Of a stretch of 64,000 nucleotides of DNA, positions 11,706 through 25,500 are shown one piece after another. The notes under the pieces are model-generated. The model saw only the letters and a program-made list of their open reading frames with translations. It ran no database searches and was not told where the DNA came from. Positions within the stretch are counted from its first letter, which is position 1. Each line of letters begins with the position of its first letter. Source of the stretch: Octopus vulgaris (taxonomy: Eukaryota); NCBI GenBank assembly GCA_951406725.2, contig OX597830.1, positions 8,928,001 to 8,992,000 of the forward strand. Direction: 5' to 3'. Made by a program: the position numbers and the translations under genes.

Positions 11706-14700
11706 AATATGACCATCACTATTTGTAGGTTAACAATACAAAATAAGAGTAAATATTCTGCTGCACTCAAAAGAACTTACCACTAATTTTGGGGTCGGAA
11801 TGGGACCGTCTTTGATGCTTCTTACTGGCAACTCTGATCACTTCTGGTTGGTCCCGGAATCTTTGGTTTTCTTTCATCATACGTTCCGTTCTTCCACTGC
11901 ACAATTTGGAAAGACAAGACATTGAATTAATTAACCATTTCATCAACAACATTTCACAACCCCTTCACCACCCACCAACCCATTCTGCTAAGGTGTGGAG
12001 CTAAGTGAAAATTTGGAAAAACATGGCATTAATTTAAAAGTTAAGAAGATGAGGAAGCCAGGAAAATTAATTATAATTACTTCAAGTCTTGTATAATTTT
12101 AGCATTTTTGCCTTTTCTAAATATTAGACAAACTTCATGTTTGTGTACAGAAACAAATATTAACCTTATTGGGCCTTCTTTACCAGGAATTTCACAGAGC
12201 TAAATTTCCAATATATGGCAAACACCATGTTAAAAAGCTGATCAAACTAAAATTAAATCCCATGTGGTCCCTCCAACAACCACAGCTATTACAAGGAAGA
12301 TAATTTTTCCTTAATTCAAAGCAGGATTAGAAATTTGAAATTGAAGTTAAGGAATAACAAAGGAAAAGGGGCATAAAGTTCATATATTTATTTTTGTCTT
12401 TGTTTACTTAATATGAAATTGTTAAAATTTCTAGTCATTGGTAAGCATATATAGCACTACTTCATTCTTTTTAAAAACCATCAGTATGACATAACTTGTG
12501 GCTTATTAATTCAACATCTTATGGAGTGAGACATTTTCTTAAAGATGGAAATAATTACAGTCTGCAGGACATTCATGGAATGGGTCTGTTCTCGTGTTAC
12601 ACTGGTTTCTTTGTTGATTTGATTATATTTTCTCCATTTTTGTTTCCAGCCATGAATTTCACCACACCTAAACACTTCTGGCAGAGTTTATTTACAATAC
12701 AAAGACATAGTCTGGTTACAACTGATGAGATTTTGGAAATCTGAGAAGATTTTGATGAAGACCAATGGAAATTCAATCAAACATCCCCAGAAGATGATTT
12801 GGAGTCTGTGGAATATTAAAAATTTCAAGTAGAAAGTGGCAATGATATGTCTCAAACAAATGAGTCATGGTTCTCGACCAGTTGATGGTAGTGGTGACAG
12901 AATATTGGTATTAGATTTATAGATTACCAATTCTAGAGAATCTTAATCAGTTGAGTTTTATGTGAGAGATACGCATGCATGCATGTGTGTGTGTGTTGTG
13001 TGTTGGTGTTTATATCTTCTGGGTGTGGGGCTCTGTTACAGACATTAGTTACCTTCCCATGTTTAGGGCTTTGAAAGTCATAATGTTGTTAGGATTCACA
13101 GAAGAATGTCTGCAGGAGATCATGGCTTACCTAAAGAATGCGTGGTGTTCTACACAGCATCTCCATAAATGTTTACAGGCCACTTTGTTGTTGGATTCAA
13201 ATGCATACCAATGTTCATCACACTGAAATATAACAACAAAAAAAGATATAAAAAACAATCACGACAAAAAAAGTTCAGATCTTTCATCACATAACATATT
13301 TTTTATATTCTTTTACTTGTTTCAGTCACTTGACTACGGCCATGCTGGAGCACTGCCTTGAAAGGTTTTAGCTTAATAAATCGACCCCAGGACTTATTTC
13401 TTAAGCCTAGTACTATTTCTATTGGTTTCTTTTGCCAAACCGCTAAGTTACAGGGATGTAAACACACCAACACTGGTTGTAAAGCAGTATGGGGGTGGGT
13501 GGAGACACAAATACAGATGCACACACACACACAGACATATCGTGTATTATGTAAATATATATATTACGATATCATCATCATCGTTTCACGTCCGCTTTCT
13601 ATGCTAGCATGGGTTGGACATATATATATATATACACATGATGGGCTTATTTCTTAAGCCTAGTACTATTTCTATTGCTCTCTTTTGCCAAACCGCTAAG
13701 TTACAGGGATGTAAACACACCAACACTGGGGGGGGGGGGGAGACAAATACAGATGCACACACACACATACATATCATGTAATATATATATATATATATAT
13801 ACTTTATATCATCATCATCATCATCATCATCATCATTTAACGTCCGTTCTCCATGCTAGCATGGGTTGGACGGTTCGACCAGGGTTCTGGGAAGCCATAT
13901 AGGATACACACACACGATGGGCTTGTATCTACAGCTGGATGACCTTCCTAACGCCAACCACTCCTAATATATATGTCTTTTATACAGCAATATAGGCACA
14001 GCCATGACTGTGTGGTAAGAAGCTTGCTTCCCAACCACATGGTTCCAGGTTCAGTCCACTGCATGACACCTTGGGCAACCTGTCTTCTACTATAGCCTTG
14101 GGCCAACCAAAGCCTTGTGGATGGATTAGATAGTCATGGCTGTGCCTATATTGCTGTATATATATATATATATATATGTCCAACCCATAAAATCTTTCTC
14201 CCATCATTATATGTTTATATCAATAATATTGTTGTAAGAGAGATTGTTATAAAATATATATTATCATTGATATATTATAATAAAATTTATTGTTATAAGA
14301 TGTGTCATATCTTTCATCATATCATCGTATGTTTATATAGATGATGTTATTACTAAAAATATATTATATGATGGATCATATCTTCCATCTTACTTTCAAT
14401 GATATTATTGTTAAAATGTATTAATATAAGATGGATAATATCTTTCATCTTATTTTCAATAATATTACTAAAACTATATTACAAGTTGGGTCATAACTTT
14501 CATATTAAATGTTTAAGTCAATGATATTAAAATATTTTACTATATGATGGGTCATATTTTTCTTCTTGTCTTCACATGTTTAAATCAATGATATTACAAA
14601 AAATATATTATAAACTGGGTCATATCTCTCATTTTATCTTCACCTCTTAACGTCATCGATATTATAAGATAAGTCATAACTTTCGTCTTACTTTCAATGA

Positions 14701-17180
14701 TATTTTAAAAAGTATACTACTGTAAGAACACTTCCACAATTACTATAGAATTTCCTTTACCATTATTAAGTTAGAGAGCAGCGCTTGCCATCAAAGTGAC
14801 CCCAGGGTATAAATTTATGAAGCCCAGTATACCCATCATTACAACCTGTCTCATAAGGGTACATCAGGCACAAGCATCACAACCATATGTGCGTGACAGG
14901 GTGATCTCATATGAAAATAAACAACATATAACCTTGCAGGTGGGGTTCATTTAGAATTTTCTTCAGGTCAGGTAGACTACCTCACTCAAAAGGTCTCTGT
15001 ATAAGGGTTGTTTAAAGATGATGAATAAAACACATTTCCAGAAGTGAATTATTCAAACTCCAAAGAATTCCTCTCATCACATGGCTATGATGCTTCCCCA
15101 CTACTTCTGCTCGCGATCAGAGACGCACATATCGTCAGCCACTAAGGGACATGCTCAATGGTATTTCTGACTTAGCGTTCTGGGTTCAAATTCCACCAAA
15201 GTTGACTTTGCCTTTAATCCTTTTGGGGTTGATAAAATTAAGTACCAGTGAAACACTGGGGTCAATATAATCAACTTACCCCCTCCTCATAATTGCTGGC
15301 CTTGTGTGCAAAATTGAAACCCTTATTATTATTATTGTTCTTGTTGCTGTTGTAAGTAGTAGTAGTAGAAGTAATAATAGTTTTAATGGAATGAAACTTA
15401 CATTTCTGTCTTTGACCTTAATGGAAAATATTTTGTCTTTGAAACGCACTTTGGTAATTCTTGGCCTGGAATTAAACAGAATGGAACAGAAGTAGATCAT
15501 GAATAAAAATTTGGCTATTTTGTTTTTTTTGGTGGGGGATTACAGAAAAGGAGAAAGAAGGATTATTGTTACCTTAATCCTCATCATCATCATCATCATC
15601 ACCACGACAGTCACCAAATTTGCCTTCACTATTACCATCCATCTTTTTTACCTCTTCCTCATTATCATCACCATCATCTCCATGATCACTATCATCACCA
15701 TCATCGCTGTCACTACCCTCCTCTTCCTCACTACCATCATCACCACCACCTCCTCCCCTCCTCCTCCTCATCATCAGCAGCATCATTAATACCCTCACCA
15801 CCATGCTTACCCCAGTAGAAGTCCAAATTTCCCTTCCTCTTCCTCTGATCCTGTCAATGACCATTGCTTGCCCCTCCCACCTCTTCTTTCATCTATGCAC
15901 TACTACATCTTATTTTTTTATTGCCCACAAGGGGCTAAACACAGAGGGGACAAACAAGGACAGACAAAGGGATTAAGTCGATTGCATCGACCCCAGTGTG
16001 TAACTGGTACTTAATTTATCGACCCTGAAAGGATGAAAGGCAAAGTCGACCTCAGCGGAAATTGAACTCAGAACGTAATGACAGACGAAATACCGCAAAG
16101 TATTTCGCCCGGCGTGCTAATGTTTCTGCCAGCTCACTGCCTTATACATCTTATATACTGTAATATATGTGCACTACTACATCTTATACACAGACTTCAC
16201 TTCACAGCTTATACACTATAACGATGACCTACACACTACAAATATTTCTATTCTAATCTACATGTGACATGATGAGGCAGAAAAACCTCCCATATTTTAA
16301 ACAGCCATTAGTGTAGTGCTAGTAGAGTTAAGAAGATGTTAATGGTGTCTTCATGTAGCTAATACTTTACCATTTATCTTTCAGTGGCCATTGTAGTTCA
16401 GATTGATGTATATGATGCGTTTCTTGTCAAAACTTTCATTAACAATGGCGAATCCAGGAAGGTATTTTGCTGCAGCTTGTACATTCATCCCATTACAACA
16501 AACACTACAATCTATGTACTAACACCACTCAACTACTGCAACCAAAACACCACTGTAACTTCACAACTACAGCCTACACACTACTCTCAGGTGTATAGAT
16601 AATATGATACTCACCAGAAATAGTTCCCAACCTTATTTTTGTTCTTGTGCAAAATAATTCCAGCTGGTGTAATTCCAAGCATGTACTCCATGTTGCTTTC
16701 ACCCTGCCAACAGAATGACAGCTTTATATAAGTTTTACCATGGCAACCGAATAATTGTCACATATTATATTTACAGATAAATTCCTCTATTTACATAATA
16801 TTGAGGTCTCTTTCATTCTTTTGTTGTCATACCATTACTATTAATATACATATATACACACACACACACATATATATATAAGGGGGGACAAACACAGACA
16901 CACAAACATATACACACACATACATATACATATATACGATGGGCTTCTTTCAGTTTCCGTCTACCAAATCTACTCACAAGGCTTTGGTCGGCCCGAGGCT
17001 ATAGTAGAAGACTCTTGCCCAAGGTGCCATGCAGTGGGACTGAACCCAGAACCATGTGGTTGGTAAGCAAGCTACTTACCACATAGCCACTCCTATGCCT
17101 ATGAAAAAACTTATCTTATTTGTCTCTCACAATCACATTTTAACGCTTCTAAAACAAACATTAGTTTATTTACATTTATT

Positions 17181-17222
<42 letters not shown>

Positions 17223-17977
17223 TATATATATATATATATTGTTGTATCTATCTTGGTAGGGTTATTATGCCAATTATAAACACACACATATTGGCTCAAT
17301 GACTTTTGCAAGATCCAACAAAATCTGTTTCAACACATGGATTCATATTAATAATTTTGCAAACCAATTACAAAAATTATATATATATATAAAATCATAA
17401 ACCTCTCTACCTTACCTTCACAGGATGAAGATCAACGCCATACATTTCTAACCATTTGGCTTTCTCCAAGAATCTGTATTCTGCCACAGCAGGAACTTGA
17501 CCCCTGTAAGTATACATCATAATTGATTATATACATGTGCATGCATATAGGTGTGTGGTATCTATATATATTTTATGGATACACTAACAGATATTTATAG
17601 ATAACAATATATATATAACGTAAAGTATACTAGCCATCTCAATATGGCTAACCACTAAGGGTGGGTGTTACTGTAGCTTTTAGCCCCAGGAGATCATCGT
17701 CTCCAGCTGGCTTTAGGCACACTTTGTATGCCCTTATGATATTTGCAAAGGGAAGTCATCCCTCTCTCGTAAACCTAAGTGATACGCATGGAGTGCAGTT
17801 TCTAGGTATTTGCCTGTCTTCAGCGTACGGCAATTACCGGTTTGCGATAAGGAGAGACCTGTTTGCGAATATCTATTTAATGTTTTTCCCAGTAACCACT
17901 GTCACTGATTTCGAAAAACTGTCTGAAAGCAATAATAAATCTCTGAACGAGATGTAAACAGTAACCGCTCGACAACG

Positions 17978-18019
<42 letters not shown>

Positions 18020-19116
18020 AAACAAAATAGAATGAAAACACTACAGAAGATTTGTATTATATGGTTAAAAAATATATTAAAACTATCATGTTAGGAAAAT
18101 GATATAACGATTTGAATATATATTTTTCACCATGTAATACAAATCTGTAGATTTTTCATTCTATTTTGTTTTTTATACATCTAACCACGTGCTTTCACAT
18201 ACCAACTCTCTCACGCACCTATATATATATATATATATATATAGATGTAATATGTGACAATTATTTGGTAGCCATGATAACACCCTGAGTTTTGGATGCT
18301 GGGGTGGAAACTCGGAGTTTAATCATGGCTACCGAATAAGTGTCACATATTACATTTACAGATAAATTCCTCTATTTACATAATATCGAGGTCTCTTTCA
18401 TTCTTTTGTTGTCTTACCATTTTTATCAATATATATATGTTACTATGGTGACCAAGGGTGCTAGAAATAGGAGCCAGAACAACTCTTAGCCTCAGAGATG
18501 CAATTACCTAAAGACCGACACTTTTACCATTTATGGAATCAGCCTGTGATTCCTACAGTGTTTTTATAACCTGACAAGGCGAGTTAGCTTTAACCCTTGG
18601 CAATGAGGCGAGAGTCACTGATGAGGATTAATCAAATCCGAAACCAATTATGATCTGGCTCAGTCTTGCTTGCTGTAGAGAGCTAATTTCCCTTCTCGGT
18701 CATTAGATAAGTGCTTCCCTGTAGCTTAGAGTTGGTCTGACTCTTATTTCTAGCAGTGTTGGGGGCTGACTAGCACCCTTACTTATGTCTATACTTGTGT
18801 CGTTTGGTTGTAAATTGTGAATAAGCCACCTGAATAATTTTACTCCATTCTGTGAGTGTACCTCACCAAAGAAAGATGTTGTGGCTAGCTGCTCACAGTC
18901 TTGAATATTTCGTGAGGTTAGTTGCTTCTGTGTGGCTGTTTGAGTTAAATTTTAGCTCTCATTTCTAGCAATTGTTGGTGCTATTTTCCACCCTCATTTA
19001 TTAGTTTCACCTTTTTGGTTTTAATTGCTATAGAAACCCATATTATAATGTATTTAATATATCTTCATATATTAATATATCATTATATCTCATTGCATGT
19101 ATGTATGTATATACAT

Positions 19117-19170
<54 letters not shown>

Positions 19171-20615
19171 ATGTATATAAATACATATATATATATTGAT
19201 TGTATATATTCTTTTTTCTTTCATTCTTTTATTTGTTTCAGTCATTTGACTGTGGCCATGCTGTAGCACCACCTTTAATCGAATAAATCAATCCCAAGAC
19301 TTATTCTTTGTAAGCCTAGTGCTTAATCTATTGGTGTCTTTTGCTGAACTGCTAAGTTTCAGGACATAAACACACCAACATTGGTTGTCAAGTGATGTTA
19401 GGTAGACAAACACAGACACACACACATAAATATATATATATATATATATATGACGAGCTTCTTTCAGTTTCCATCTACCAAATCCACTCACAAGGCTTTG
19501 GCTGGCCCAAAGCTATAGTAGAAGACAATTGCCCATGGTGCCATGCAGTGGGACTGAACCCGGAACCATGTGGTTGGGAAACAAGCTTCTTACCACACAA
19601 CCACACCTGATACATATTTCAAATTATCTTTACACATGAAACCAATCAAATGTCTTGATTTTTTTAATTTTTTTTTTTAGATAGTTTTCATGTTCTGAAT
19701 TGATGGGAGGTGGCCAGTTGATTAGATGAACCCCAGTATTTTATCCCATTTTCTAACAATTCCACCAATCCCACACCCTTAATAATCAATTTTTAATTCC
19801 ATTCAACACAACTAAATCTGGGGGTAAGGACCCAAGGCAAGACTAAGCTCCTTTGATATGTGAAATGTCTTTGATTATTGGTAAGAAAACAGAAAAAGAA
19901 ATGGTTGAAGAGGAACTTACACAAGTCTTCGGTGCAAAACAGCAATGGCTTGCTCATGTTCCATGGACTGGTGCTGTATAAAACGGAATTCAGAAACATA
20001 ACCTTCGGTGTGTATCTTAGGGTTGTAGTCACCGAGTTCAGCTGGAATGATGATGATGATGAGTAGGATGAGGATGATAATTATAATAATGATTATAATA
20101 AAAATAATATACATGGTAATAAAAATAATAATAATAATAATAATAGTAATCCTTTCTATTATAGGCATAGGCCCAGAATTTGTGGGGAGGGGTATAGTTG
20201 ATTGCATCAACCTCAGTGCATAACTGGTACTTTATTTATTGAACCCAAAATGATGTAAAGCAATGTCGATCTTGGCGAAATTTGAACTCAGAATATGAAG
20301 ACAGACGGAATACCACTAAGCATTTTGCTCGGCGTGCTAATGATTCTGCCAGCTCGCCACCTTGATACTGATAATAATAATAATAATATTGATGATGACG
20401 ATGATGATTTCAAATTTTTGCCACAAAAGCAGCTTGGGGGTGGGTATTAAGTTGATTGCATCAACCCCAGTGCATAACTGGTACTTAATTAATTGACCCT
20501 GAAAGGCTGAAAGGCAAAGTTGACCTCAGCGGAATTTGAACTCAGAATGTAGTGACAGGCAAAATACCGCTAAGCATTTCATCCCATGCACTAACGATTC
20601 AACCAGCTCTTCACC

Positions 20616-20648
<33 letters not shown>

Positions 20649-22502
20649 GTGATAATTATAATAATAATAATAATCCTTTTTACTGGAGGCACAAGGCCGA
20701 AAATTAGTAGGTAGGGGACTAGTAGATTATATTGAACCCAGTGTTCAAGTGGTACTTAATTTATTGACCCCAAAAGGATGAAAGGCAAATTTGACCTCAG
20801 CGGAATTTGAACAAAAAGTGGGATGGGCCACTTAACCTGAAAAACATTCTAACTGGGCCCCACCTGTGAGGTCATGCTTTGTTTAGTCAGCCTCAGTGGA
20901 ATTTGAACTTAGAAAGTCAAGAACCAGAAGAAATGTTGCTAAGCACTTTGTCCCATGTGCTTACAAATTCTGTCAGCTTGCTACCTTTAATTGTTTCAAC
21001 TTTCGGCACAAGGCCAGCAATTTTAGAGGAGGGGTTGGTCAATAATTTAGAGGGTGGGTCGGGGGGGGGCTACTTGATTCCATTGACCTCAGTACTCAAC
21101 TAGTACTTATTTCATTGACCCCGAAAGGATGAAAGGCAAAGTCAACCACGGCAGAATTTGAACTCAGAACATAAAGATAGAAGAGATGCTGCTAAGCATT
21201 CCAGCCAGTTCACTGCTTCCATAATAATAACAATAATAATAATAATAATAATAATAATGATAATCTTTTCTACTAAAAGCACAAGGTCTGAAATTTTTTT
21301 GGTGGTGAGGGAGGGTACTTGTCAATTACATCGACCCCCCCAAGGTCTCACTGGTACTTAATTTATTGACCCTGAAAAAATGAAAGGCAAAATTGACCTC
21401 AGAATAATTTGAACTCAGAACATAATGATGGACAAAATACTTCTAAACATTTCGTCCAGTGTGTTAACAATTTTGCCATCTCACCACCTTAATAATAATA
21501 ATAGTCATAATAATCATAATTATTTCAAATTTTTGCCACAAGCACAGCATGGGGGAGGTGGGGGTAAGTCGATTACATAAACTCCGGAGTTCCATTGGTA
21601 CTTAAGTTGACCTCGGTGGAATTTGAACTCCAAACATAACAGAAGACGAAATACCACTAAGCATTTCGCCCAGCGTGCTAACAATTCTGCCAGCTCACTG
21701 CTTTCCTCAGAGTCATAAAAATAATAATAATATTAATAATAACCACAGTGAGGGAGATGTAGATGAAGGGGATATAACAAAGATGGGTTATATAAAATAT
21801 AGGGGTTTATATAGAAATTGAATGAAATAAAAAATATACAATTCGGTTATGATATAGTGCACCTAATAAAAGAGGAGCTCCCAATAAGATCACCCTGACT
21901 ACAAGAAAAGGCAAGTGCCTTCTTCCAACTTTTGTTCGCAAACCAAAAAAGCATAAACTAAGGATCGACCTTGAAAGGATGAAAGGCAAAGTCGACCTCG
22001 GCGGAATTTGAACTGAGAACGTAAAATTTAATTTTAATATTAAATATCAATCAAATCAACAGAAGAATTCCTGAGTTGCTTCCCTTTATCTAGAGTTATT
22101 TCCCTTATATACACAAAGCGAGACCTGAAAATGCTAAGATTTAAGTCTTTAATTCTGTTTATATTTAAACAGAGATTGGAATACGAAAGGTTTGTCATGT
22201 AGAACTCCATAATTACACAAATTGAAAATTTTCAGAGGATAGCTTTTCAAATTTTCTATACACACCTGTAAACAGGTTTGTGTGTGTGTGTAATGGTACT
22301 TATGAGTGCTAATGATAACATGTGACCATGGACATGTTACATGATCAGGTGAAAGGGAGGGGCTAAAATGACAACCACACCAAGTTAGGTGAGGTGGGTG
22401 ATTTTTAGATACACTGCAGGACCTACACATATCCACATACCATTCATCCATGTCAAAAGAATAACTGCTTCCTCATTGGATGTAAGCATGTGTACAAATG
22501 CA

Positions 22503-22542
<40 letters not shown>

Positions 22543-25500
22543 CTACTTACACTGTAGGATGTAAGCTGCCAATTCAATGAGTTCTTCAAACGTGACAGGT
22601 AGACGTCCATCATAGATGTCTCTTTTGATTTGGAGAAAGAAGTAATATCTGCAGAGAGGAAATAATACACAGAATTAACACACGTGTGTGTGCGTGCGTG
22701 TATATACATTTCTATGCATATACATATAAAATTAATCCAAACATGAAAACACAAAGAGAAAACACAACAACGCGGGGACGTGGAACAAGTATAGTGTTAT
22801 TGGACGCTCAGGAAAGGAAAGAAAGAAATATACTCTTTTACTTGTTGCAGTCATTTGACTGCGGCCATGCTGGAGCACCGTCTTTAATCGAGCAACTTGA
22901 CCCCCGGGACTTATTCTTTTGTAAGCCCAGTACTTATTCTATCGGTCTCTTTTGCCAAACTGCTAAGTAACGGGGACATAAGCACACCAGCATCGGTTGT
23001 CAAGCAATGCTAGGGGGACAAACACAGACACACAAACACACACATGCACATATATATATATATATACATATATACGACGGGCTTCTTTCAGTTTCCGTCT
23101 ACCAAACCCACTCACAAGGCTTTGGTCGGCCCGAAGCTATAGTAGAAGACACTTGCCCAAGGTGCCACGCAGTGGGACTGAACCCGGAACATGCACACAC
23201 AGAGTAGAACCTCACAGTATGAGTGCCCCAGTGAATGAGCCAAGATTCATGAAAATCTTTGTCTTGAAGTACGAGCGGTAATCCGCAGTACAAGCACACA
23301 AATCGTTCCATCTTTCCTACATATTTCTTTTGCATTCTCTTTTTTCATAACTATCATTTTACTTGTAACTACACCTTTTCTGTTTTAGAACCCATGAAAA
23401 ATTATTTTTGATGGTTTTATTTAGGGCTGGAATGGATTAATTATATTTTAGTTAAATTTCAATGGGGAAAATTGATTTGTAAAACAAGTAAATCGTAAAA
23501 CAAGCTTGGTCATGGAACAAATTCAATTCGTACTGCAAGGTATCATTATATATACATACATATATATATATATATAAATGGAACAAAAACGCAATAGATG
23601 GAATTAAAACGTTTGGCCAGATACACGACACAGAGGCGGACAAGAGAAACAACAATTAGAAGGACAGGCAAAGAAACACAGGTCATTCTTGGCTTTCTTT
23701 CATCAGTCAAATACAAGAAGTCACAACCATTTCGGGCAGTTACACTTGAGATGGTTCGATCTGGTTGTCCCCAAAAATGTCTAAGCTTAGAGCATTAGAC
23801 CCCTTTGTAAGAAAGCTAGTGAATGTGTACGGCGACAAAGACAAAAAAAACAAACAAAAAAATGGAGAACATGGTATACAATTACGAATACAACAACAAT
23901 AACACACACACACATATACACACACACTATGCAAAGTACAAGCTGCAAGAAATATGTGAGGACAGTTTTCAGCATATTACACTTTTCTAATCAATAACTG
24001 TTTTTTTTTGTTTTTTTTACTTCTTTCAGATCCCCCATAACAGATAAAATGCTAACACAAGAAATGGAAAGAGATGCAGTTGTTGTTGCCATATTGTGTA
24101 GAACACAGCGATTTAGAAATTGGTAACTATCAAAATGGTGCACAATGTTTAGCTCACAAAGTTTGGATGGAAATGAAAATTTCTGGTGGAAATGTTTCAA
24201 CTAAATCAAAGAGAAAATAGTCTAAACTTTCAGACACCATATGGACACCATTATTCATCCAACAAGTGCTAAATATTATCAATGATCATTCTAGAAAATC
24301 ATTGGGGGCCCTTGCCAAAGAACTTCAGGTGTTGGAATGGAATATCAGAGCTGCGTTCTACAAGGACATTCAATATGAATGATATGTACTGAAAAGAGCC
24401 TAATTTATGACTACAAAGACATAAAAACTGTTTGATTCACGTCAGGCACAGTTATTTAACAAGGTTGCAAACCAGCATGAACACGGCATATTTTGATCCT
24501 TCACTGATGAAAAAACTTCGATCAAGGCCAAAAGTAATGGGAGACAAAATACGGCTAAGCATTTCACCCAGCATGCTAACGTTTCTGCCAGCTTGCCACC
24601 TTAAAATATTCTTTTCTACTCAAGGCACAAGACCCGAAATTTTGGGGAAAGGGGCAAGTCAATTAGATTGACCCCAGTACACAACTGGTACTTAATGATG
24701 AAAGGCAAAGTCAACCTCGGCGGAATTTGAACTCAAAATGCAAATACAGACGACATACTGTTAAGCATTTCACCCGGCCTGCTAACGTTTGTGCCAGCTC
24801 GCCGCTTTATACATATATATTAAAAGAGTACAATGTGTACTTGTTTGCATGAAAGAAGAGAGTAGGACTCTCCAGAATCACGTATCTTTCACTCTGCTAC
24901 ATTCTCTGTGCATGTTTCCATATAGAAAGAGAGAGAAACACATGGGTCTGGAGAATTTTATTCTTCTTTCACACAAACAGGTACATATTTTACCCTGACT
25001 TCTAATATATATTTTGCATAGGGTGGCAAGCTGGCAGAATCATTAGCATATTAGGCAAAATGCTCAGCGGTATTTCACCTGCTATTATGTTCTGAGTTCA
25101 AATTCTATCGAGGTTGACTTTGCCTTTCATTCTTGGGTCAATAAATTAAGTACCAGTTGCATACTGGGGTCGATCTAATCGACTGCCTCCCGCTTCCCTC
25201 TAAATTTCAGGCCTTGTGCCTAGAGTAGAAAAGATTATATAGGGTAGCAAGCTGGCAGAATCGTTAAAATGCCGGGCGAAATGCTTAGCGGTATTTCGCC
25301 TCCTGTTATGTTCCGAGTTCAAATTCCGCCGAAGTCGACTTTGTCTTTAATCCTTTCGGGGTCGATTAAATAGATACCAGTTACGCACTGGGGTCAGTGT
25401 AATCGACTTCATCCTTTTGCCTGTCCTTGTTTGCTCCTCTATGTTTATCCCCCTGAGGGCAATAAAGAAATAAATATATATTTTGCATATTTGGATTATG

